Positions 55,118 through 64,000 of a stretch of 64,000 nt of DNA are shown piece by piece. The stretch spans positions 57,040,001 to 57,104,000 of the forward strand of contig OX597823.1 of assembly GCA_951406725.2 (NCBI GenBank), read 5' to 3'. The first letter of the stretch is position 1; each line of letters starts with the position of its first letter. Under the pieces are notes generated by a model that was given only the letters and a program-made list of their open reading frames with translations, did not search any database and had not been told where the DNA came from. The DNA comes from Octopus vulgaris (lineage: Eukaryota). Position numbers and translations under genes: made by a program.

Positions 55118-55457
55118 TATTTATTTCATTCATAATAATGCAGCGAGCTAACAGCATCGTTAGCCTGCCGGGCAAATTGCTTAACGGCATTTCATCCACC
55201 TTTACGTTCTGAGGTCAAATTACGCCGGGGTCGATTCAGCATCACATGATATCGGGGTCAATTAAATAAGTACCTGCTGAGCACTGGGGCCAATGTGATA
55301 TACTTAACCCTCCCACGAACTTGATGGCTTTGTACCAGAATTTGAAATCAATATCTATTTCATTGATTGCATTAAATGAAGATCTGCCTTTTAGAGATGT
55401 GTATGAAGTATATCTAGCCTCCCCTGCCGCACACACTCATACACGCACACACACACT

Positions 55458-55722
55458 TATCACGTGACCGACCAGACTATGGGATGCTGTTACACATCGC
55501 TGGTCACAACGCGCTTTGCATCGTATTACCCTTCGAATGATGCCACCCGGATGGGTAGGCGAGGAGGCAAACATCCCCTCCCTCCACACCTGATCGAAAG
55601 GAGAAATAGAGCAACGTGAAATGAAGTGTTTTGCTCAAGAACACAAAGCACCGTCCGGTCTTCGAATCGAACCCATGATCCAGTGATCGTGAGTATGACA
55701 GTATAACCACTTAGCCACGCAC
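55458..55722 (-). mobile_element. SINE family C head with tail E
   Basis: GTGCGTGGCTAAGTGG..GGTTCGATTC, CORE-like segment, tail shared with 18552. Confidence 0.75.
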
Positions 55723-56094
55723 TTCAGATACACACACATACACACATATATGTAAGAGACGGATGGAAGGAGAGAGAGAAATAGAGAGGCGAGGTGAGTG
55801 TGAGTGCGTCTGTGTAGGAGCTTCCATTATGTTAAGTATCTCATGGAAAATGGCTTTATTTTCAATTTTTAATACATTTTGAATACTGATTAACTTTATT
55901 TTTTAAAGTAATTAGTATTCTTCATGATAAACTTATATGTATTTCGTGATTACGTAGGAAGAAATTTGATAAACTCGAATTAAAATAATTCTATGTATGT
56001 ATGACATTTTTTCTTCCTATTAATTCCTCCTTGTTTTTTGGCACAATGGCATCAATTTTGAGGAGAGAAGGTAAGCCAATAATACTGACCCCTT

Positions 56095-56493
56095 CAGGGC
56101 TGTGAGCTGGCAGAAAAGTTAGCACGCCGGGCGAAAGGCTTAGTGGTATTTCGTCTGCCGCTACGTTCTGAGTTCAAATTCCGCCCAGGTCGACTTTGCC
56201 TTTTATCCTTTCGGGGTCGATAAATTAAGTACGATAAATTAAGTTACGCACTGGGGTCGATATAATCGCCTTAATCCGTTTGTCTGTCCTTGTCTGTGCT
56301 TAGTCCCTTGTGGGTAGTAAAGAAATAGGTATTTCGTCTGCCGTTACGTTCTGAGTTCAAATTCCGCCGAGGTCGAGTTCGCCTTCCATCCTTTCGTGGT
56401 CGATAAATTAAGTACCAGTTGCGCACTGGTACTTAATTTGTCTGTCCTTGTTTGTCCCCTCTATGTTCAGCCCCTTGAGGGCAATAAAGAAAC
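56095..56493 (+). mobile_element. SINE family A dimer
   Basis: Same AAAGAAATA|GGTATTTCG junction; flanking ACTGACCCCTT direct repeat. Confidence 0.9.
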
Positions 56494-57046
56494 AACTGAC
56501 CCCTTAAGTAACCTGATATTTATTCTATTGGCGGAAGCTAAACTCAGTACTTGAAGCGTCGGAATAAATACCGCTAAGCATGTTGTCCAGAGTGCTAATT
56601 ATTGTGCCTGCTCATTACCTTCCTTTTAGCGGTAATAATTCTTTTTACTAACTGTAGGTACAGGGTCTAACATTTTAGGGAAGGGTCTGGATCATTTCAT
56701 TGACAACGGTGTTCAACAAGTACTTATTTTATCGAGCCCTAAAGGGTGAGAGACAAAGTCGACCTCACCAGAACTTGAATTCACGACGAAAAGCCGGAAG
56801 AAACGACGCTAAGCATCTTGTTCGCTGTCTTTATTCTGGTAGTAATGACAAAAATATTACAAAGTGTATCATGTAAATATAATGCAAAAATATTTCCTTG
56901 TTACTTTTGTTATTTTCAAAAACATCTGAGGGTCAGATTTGCTTATACATTTGTGAAACCATCAAGTCAAACTGCTCATACAAATCTTTAACCTTCACAA
57001 CACTTGACGAGTATATTTTTCGCCCGTTCGTTCGTATACCTATCTG

Positions 57047-57095
<49 letters not shown>

Positions 57096-57237
57096 AAAAA
57101 CTTATATATACATACAGATAGACAGGTATGTAGATATATATTATTTACATATGGATACACACACATATATACAGTTAGACAAATTGATAGATATAGATAT
57201 ATTATAGATTTATTATTTATATATGTATAAACATCAA

Positions 57238-57316
<79 letters not shown>

Positions 57317-58102
57317 ATGTATATCTATATATATGTATGTGTCTGTGTATGTGTGTGTATGCGCGTCTGTGTATCTGTATTTATGTGTCTGTGTTTGTGT
57401 GTATGCATGTGTGAAGATGACGAACATTGACTCAGATGCTGCAAAAGTTGTGTTTACTAAAAGCAAACCGAATATATACATATAAAAAATTCAGAGTTGA
57501 TGAGATTAACTGTCCGAAATATTTCCTATTTCCATCAGTATTAATAATAATGTCAAAAATATATGCATATAAAAGCTAGATATAGGTCAACTTAATTACC
57601 GTAATCGTGACATTGTCACATTAGAATTGCGTGACTTATAAGTAAAGCGTATGCGTAAACATGGCTGTGTGTTTGAGGCGTTAAATTCGCAATATTTTGA
57701 TTCCTGTTTCGATACCAGCACACGGAATTTTCGGCAAATGACTTCTATTGTAATTTAGGAAGGATTCAAGTCGTACGTGCGAAACTGAGTAGACGGAAAC
57801 GGGGCAACAGAAATCTGCCCAAGGAAGTGTGCCAAATGTGTTATGGTGATTCCCCTGCGAAGATAATACATACTGTCGTTTTCTCTTTCCCTTCGCCGTG
57901 AATAAAAAGGTTTACAAAACAATAGTACTATTTTTATTTCATCACACTTTCTAATTTAGGCGCACTCTTACAAATTTCGAAGAGAGCGGTGTCTAAATAA
58001 TTACGCCTGCATCAATATTTCACTGGTAATTAATTCTGTCCATTCGATTCCCGAAAGGCTGAAAGGCGAACCCGGTGTGATAGGAACGAAGAATTCTATA
58101 TA

Positions 58103-58144
<42 letters not shown>

Positions 58145-58209
58145 ATGTATATATATATATATATGTATATATATGTATATATATATGTATATATATATAT
58201 ATGTATATG

Positions 58210-58268
<59 letters not shown>

Positions 58269-58315
58269 GTATGTATGTATGTATATATATATGTATGTAT
58301 ACATATATATATATG

Positions 58316-58368
<53 letters not shown>

Positions 58369-58724
58369 GAGATCCAAGGATCGAGGTGTAGGAAGAAAGT
58401 TCTCTTGAAGCAAACCGTAGTAGATATAAAAAACAACTTTCACGAATAATAGTGGTTTACTCTGGGGAGAGGTTGTGGATACGTGTCTTATCGAAGTATG
58501 ATAAATTGGAAAAAGTTCTTTCTATTTTTCAATGTAGGCAACCACGGTTGCCCGAGTAGAAGACATTTTCCCAAGGTGCCACGTAGTGGGATTGAACCCG
58601 GAACCATGTAGTTGGTAAGCCAGCTACTTACCACACTGCCACTCCTAATGTACTGACGTTTATGATCGACCGTAAAAAAAAACGACAGTATGAAAGCGTG
58701 GACCGAGGTCCGATTTAAGTTATA

Positions 58725-58770
<46 letters not shown>

Positions 58771-58772
58771 TA

Positions 58773-58802
<30 letters not shown>

Positions 58803-58803
<1 letters not shown>

Positions 58804-59041
58804 TGTGTCAGGTCACTTTCGAGTGCTACTGGTTACATGTAACCCAGTACAACATGTTGCATGGTCGGGTCGTCGGCGACTAACCCGGCAACCCCACCAA
58901 GCTTGCTTAGTGAGTGTGATTGACTCACTGCACAGCCTTTCCTCACTTTAAAAAAATCTTCTTGCACAGGCATTGCAGGATAACAACATTGATTAAGCTT
59001 CGTGCAATGGCCATACTCGATAACGAGGGGGCAGCCACCAT
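58803..59041 (+). mobile_element. Putative short non-autonomous retroelement in microsatellite (RTE-like ends)
   Basis: GC-richer block bounded by (TATG)n; 3' end GGCCATACTCGATAACGAGGGGGCAGCC recalls RTE 3' termini. Confidence 0.35.
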
Positions 59042-59164
59042 ATGTATGTACATATATATATATGTATATATATATATACATAATTTCTTACTCTTTTATC
59101 ATTCTAATTTCCTTTATGTGTTAGTATATGTATGCGTATATAGCGTATATATATATATATATAT

Positions 59165-60068
59165 CCCTTCAGTCAGATCTACTGGCTGTTATCCAATGGG
59201 CAGAAAAAAAACAATATGCTGCTGAACGAGGATAAATTTGAGTTAATCCACTTTGGAAAAGAGGATGCCCTGAAACTCCCATACTCCCTTCAGGTGAAAC
59301 TCTCGCGGCGTCCAACAACATCAGAGACTTGGGAGTAATTGTGGACAACAACATAAGCTGGGCCACTCATATAAACACCAAAGTTGACATGGCCCGCAGA
59401 ATGTGTTCCTGGATTCTCAGAACTTTCCAGTCGAGAGATATCCACACCATTATCCTTCTCTTCTCCACTTTTGCCCGACCCCACCTTGAATACTGTTGTC
59501 CACTGTGGTCTCCCCACACAATACAAAGTATCATAAAAGTTGAAGCACCTCAAAGGGCAATCACAAAAAAGATAGATGGCATGACAGGCCTCGACTATTG
59601 GGGTCGACTAGAAAAGCTAAAACTCTATTCTCTCCAACGTCGTCGTGAGCGCTACATCATCTGCATGATGTGGAAAATATTCCATCAGCATTGCCCAAAT
59701 GATTTTGGCATCACCTTTAAGGTACATCCAAGGCTTGGGCCCCGTGCCATCCGCCCAAAACAAAAATCGCACTCTCACCTCATAACAACAATACGGCACA
59801 ATTATTTCACCTCAATTGGCCCCGCTCTCTTTAACATTACACCAAAACACATTAAAACAGAAACTGACCCTATAGGGTTCAAGAAGTCTTTGGACAGATT
59901 CCTTCAAGAAATCCCGGATATGTCTCTGTAAACAATAGCTCTCTACTTGAGTGGGCCATAGCGCCCAAATTCTGATTTGAAAGACTTCACCAGGTGGTGC
60001 TATTAAGTTAGACATGGCCTGGGCCAATAATGGCCGAAACCTATCAAAGTATCAAAGTATCAAAGTAT
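59165..60068 (+). mobile_element. CR1-like LINE 3' fragment with (ATCAAAGT)3 tail, inserted in (TA)n
   Basis: ORF 59329-59931: DLGVIVDNNISW..HI, RPHLEYCCPLWSP, YWGRLEKLKLYSLQRRRERY; tandem-repeat tail. Confidence 0.93.
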
Positions 60069-60075
60069 ATATATG

Positions 60076-60195
<120 letters not shown>

Positions 60196-60197
60196 GA

Positions 60198-60515
60198 GGG
60201 CGCGTGGCTTAGTGGTTAGGGCATTCGGCTCATGATCGTAAGGTTGTGAGTTCGATTCCCGGCGACGCGTTGTGTCCTTGAGCAAGACACTTTATTTCAC
60301 GTTGCTCCAGTCCACTCAGCTGGCAAAAATGAGTTGTACTTGTATTTCAAAGGGTCAGCCTTGTAACTCTCTGTGTCACGCTGATTATCCCCGAGAACTA
60401 CGTTAAGGGTACACGTGTCTGTGGAATGCTCAGCCATTTGCACGTTAATTTCACGAGCAAGCTGTTCCGTTGATCGTATCAGCTGGGACCCTCGTCGTCG
60501 TAACCGGCGGAGTCT
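60198..60515 (+). mobile_element. SINE family C head with family-B-type tail
   Basis: GGCGCGTGGCTTAGTGGTTAGG..GAGTTCGATTCC, CORE-like segment, then the AAGGGTCAGCCTTGT..ACCCTCGTCGTCGTAACC tail shared with 2232 and 47276. Confidence 0.88.
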
Positions 60516-60520
60516 TTAAG

Positions 60521-60547
<27 letters not shown>

Positions 60548-60553
<6 letters not shown>

Positions 60554-60670
60554 CGCATACATATACTAACACATAAAGGAAATTAGAATTATAAAAGAGT
60601 AAGAAATTATGTTATAAACAGCATTAGCTTACAACTGTTTCTGCTATTAGAGACAATGCACTCATAGTCA
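60548..60670 (-). mobile_element. pLTR-like 3' end with hammerhead 3' half; its terminal 64 bp are inverted at 59078-59142
   Basis: Minus strand gca-GAAA-cagttg-TA-agcta; the 64-bp reverse-complement match has 1 mismatch. Confidence 0.6.
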
Positions 60671-60719
60671 AATAAATATTTATCTGTCTATCTATTTATC
60701 TGTATATCTGTATATCTGT

Positions 60720-60752
<33 letters not shown>

Positions 60753-60770
60753 GCATGCACAAGCGAGAGA

Positions 60771-60802
<32 letters not shown>

Positions 60803-61151
60803 TAGAGAGAGAAGAGATAGAGAAGAAGAGTGAATCCTTACGCTCAAGTGGTTGACTATTTGAATCATAAATATATAACTGTTAAAGCTTTATAGACTTA
60901 TACACTAAAGACTCAATCTATAGGAACACCAGAATAAATTTTGTAAGTGAATAGTTATATTGGCAACGAGTGCAAGTGTACTTATGTTGTATAAACATAA
61001 AGGGCATATATGGTTCTCACTACACTAAAGTTGATATGTGGTTTAACTGCCGAAATCATGATCTCTAGGCTGTCAGACTTATGTTTACTCTGTGGGTTAG
61101 AAAAAGCAAAATTAGTTTACAGCAAGGCTAGAAATAGATAACTCATATACA

Positions 61152-61267
<116 letters not shown>

Positions 61268-61361
61268 CAGTTAGATCGATCTAACTATATATCTATATAA
61301 TAATAATATTAATAATATATATATATATATATATATATATTCAGCCATATATACATACGTA

Positions 61362-61432
<71 letters not shown>

Positions 61433-61503
61433 GTATATATGTATGTATATATATATTCACACATATACGTATACATATATGTGTGTTTGTTTGTTTGTGT
61501 GTG

Positions 61504-61560
<57 letters not shown>

Positions 61561-61996
61561 TGTGTGTGTATTGACTTTATGGTGAGTTTGCACGTTGCAC
61601 GCATGCATTCTCTGTTCTGTATTTCTATTCGTTTATATCATTGAAAATTCGACCAGCAAATGGCGACAAAAAAAAAAGGGTATTGCGTTTATAGTTTTCG
61701 TATTTCCCCTGATCGATCAACACCTAAGACATTATTTTAGGCTTCTTCAGACTATTACGACGCAATTTCTTCGAAATAACCATTGGCTTAGACATGGTTT
61801 GCGTATGTATATAAATATGTACCAATATATTTCAATGTTTATTTGTCTGTAGACAAATGGTTTTCCGTTTATCTTGCGTTTCAGAGTATATAGTTTGACT
61901 AACTTCCGGTTAAGCCAGTAATTGGCTCTAGGCGGCAGCACGGATTCCGTTCATGTATGTATATATGTATGTATTATGTATTACGTATGTATGTAC

Positions 61997-62060
<64 letters not shown>

Positions 62061-62099
62061 GTGTGTGTGTGTGTGTACGGACATACATATACATATATG

Positions 62100-62131
<32 letters not shown>

Positions 62132-63737
62132 CATATGTATATATAATCTATATACACATACATATACCTATATATCTGTGTGCGTGTTTGCACTTAAATA
62201 TAATATGTGTAAGTATATATATATATATATATATATTTGTGTGTGTTTGCATGTATGTCTGTGCTTGCCTGTGTCTGCTTGTGTTCGTGTGTGTTCGTGT
62301 GTGTGTGTGTGTGTATGTGCGTATGTGTGTGTGTGTGTGTGTGTTCTTTTTCGCCTCCAAGCGCACCGGTCTAGTTTCTCCTTGTCAATTGTTATAAAAA
62401 GGTAATTGTAGGATCTCATTTACTGTTTTATTGTTGTTACTTTATTTTTTTTTTGTATTTGTATATTTATATATATATTTTTTTTGTCTCGATCTATTCA
62501 CGATTGGACTTTATTTATTTTTGGAGTAAAATGTAATTGGTTTGAAGTTTTCTGGCATTCTTTTATCGTCGGCTTCAAGATATCGACTATCTTGTAATTC
62601 AAACAAACGCTTCTAGAGACTCTTCGATCGATTTTTTTTATCTTTTCTCGTTTATGTGTTTCTTTTATTTATTTGTTCGATTGCTTTATTTTTAGGTGTT
62701 TTTGTTGACTTTTCTATGTTTTTTCGTATATGTATTTGCACTTTTATGGTAGTATTTTTTGTTATTATTTCAATCATTTGTTTCTATTTTATTTAAGTTA
62801 AATTTGCACAGTTATTATCATGACATGTTCATTAATTTTTGGAGTTACCTTCATAGTGTGGATCAGCAAATATGGTAGAAACACGAGATTAAATACCCTG
62901 CTTCTTTTTAATTATCATCTTTCACGTTCCGAGTTCGAATCCTAAAGAGACAGGGATTTTCATTTCGTTCGATCTCGATGTCAATAAAATATGAACTTAG
63001 CTATAAGACAAGGACTTGAATTAAGCTGATCGATTTGTTCAACACTCAAGTATATGAGATGCTGAAATTATGTCAGAAATGATTTTGTTTCCTGCTGTAT
63101 ATGGTATGATTGTTAGAATCGTTAGTACGTCGAACAAAATATGTCACACTTCAGTTCAGCTGAGCCTACGGTTAGGAAAAATATTTTAAAATCATTATTT
63201 CTATTACGGAGGTGTATGAGAGGAAAATGGTATAACACAACACGGTATATCTTGCCTTAAGTATAGTTAAATATCTTTATGTATTTAGTTTAAGCACTGA
63301 TAAAGTCGACATCATTTTTATCGTTCAGAATATATACTAACCAAATACTAGTTAGAGTTTATGAACTCAATACCTTCCCTAAAATCTACATCCAATGCTT
63401 CCTTAGGTTTTTTTCTTTACTTGTTTGAAATCGAATAGGAAAAATCACGCTAAGTCACTTTTGGGTCTAACATAACTTTTGTTATACTGTTTCCTGTAAC
63501 AAAAAAGTTGGGTCTAGCAGTGATTTTATACGTAGTGGTTGGAAGGTTTGGGATCAGATTATGTTATTTAGATGGAATATCTCGTTGCTTTTAACATTAC
63601 ATGACTGGGTAAGGATGAAGAGAATGCTCTAGTATCCAGTGTATATTGTAAGATGTAGAGTAGCATCAAAGAAATGACATTGGATATTGTATTGCGTTAA
63701 ATCGGAATTATTTACAGAAGTTATACTCCATTTTGGG

Positions 63738-63872
<135 letters not shown>

Positions 63873-64000
63873 GATTAGAATCAATTAGGTTCATAAAGAA
63901 ATAGTGATAAGGAATTCTATAGTAGAAGACTATTGCGATGGACTTGATGCCGGCGAGATAGGCCCTTGATCGATTTTAAGCACAAAGGTTGTGTTGTCAG

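Noticed and set aside
58995-59030. GGCCATTGCAC on the minus strand, resembling U1 snRNA loop II
   Set aside because: There is no ATACTTACCTG 5' end, Sm site or other U1 stems; it is better explained as a retroelement end.

Overview
AT-rich, microsatellite-saturated animal genomic DNA with no recognisable host protein-coding exon. The SINE repertoire resembles repeats I associate with Octopus/cephalopod genomes (inference). Almost every long ORF in the track is a translation of (TA)n, (CA)n, (TACA)n, (TATC)n or (AAT)n. The real content is transposable elements: (i) several tRNA-derived SINE families in many copies, with shuffled head/tail modules; (ii) Penelope-like elements (PLEs), including three coding remnants and many short pseudo-LTR-like pieces; (iii) fragments of CR1-like, RTE, L1/Tx1-like and R4/Dong-like LINEs; (iv) a full-length 1.29-kb DD34D mariner with one frameshift, other mariner/maT remnants and a mariner fold-back MITE; (v) a complete non-autonomous Helitron. 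The most striking unannotated signal is a dense set of type I hammerhead-ribozyme motifs (about 17 full or partial copies, at least 7 distinct sequence families, 4 with apparently intact cores). They sit mostly in short (TA)n-anchored non-coding elements, often as inverted pairs. One is a 4.6-kb unit with ~1.07-kb inverted arms, each carrying an intact hammerhead. Inverted duplications centred on (TA)n tracts recur across the window.
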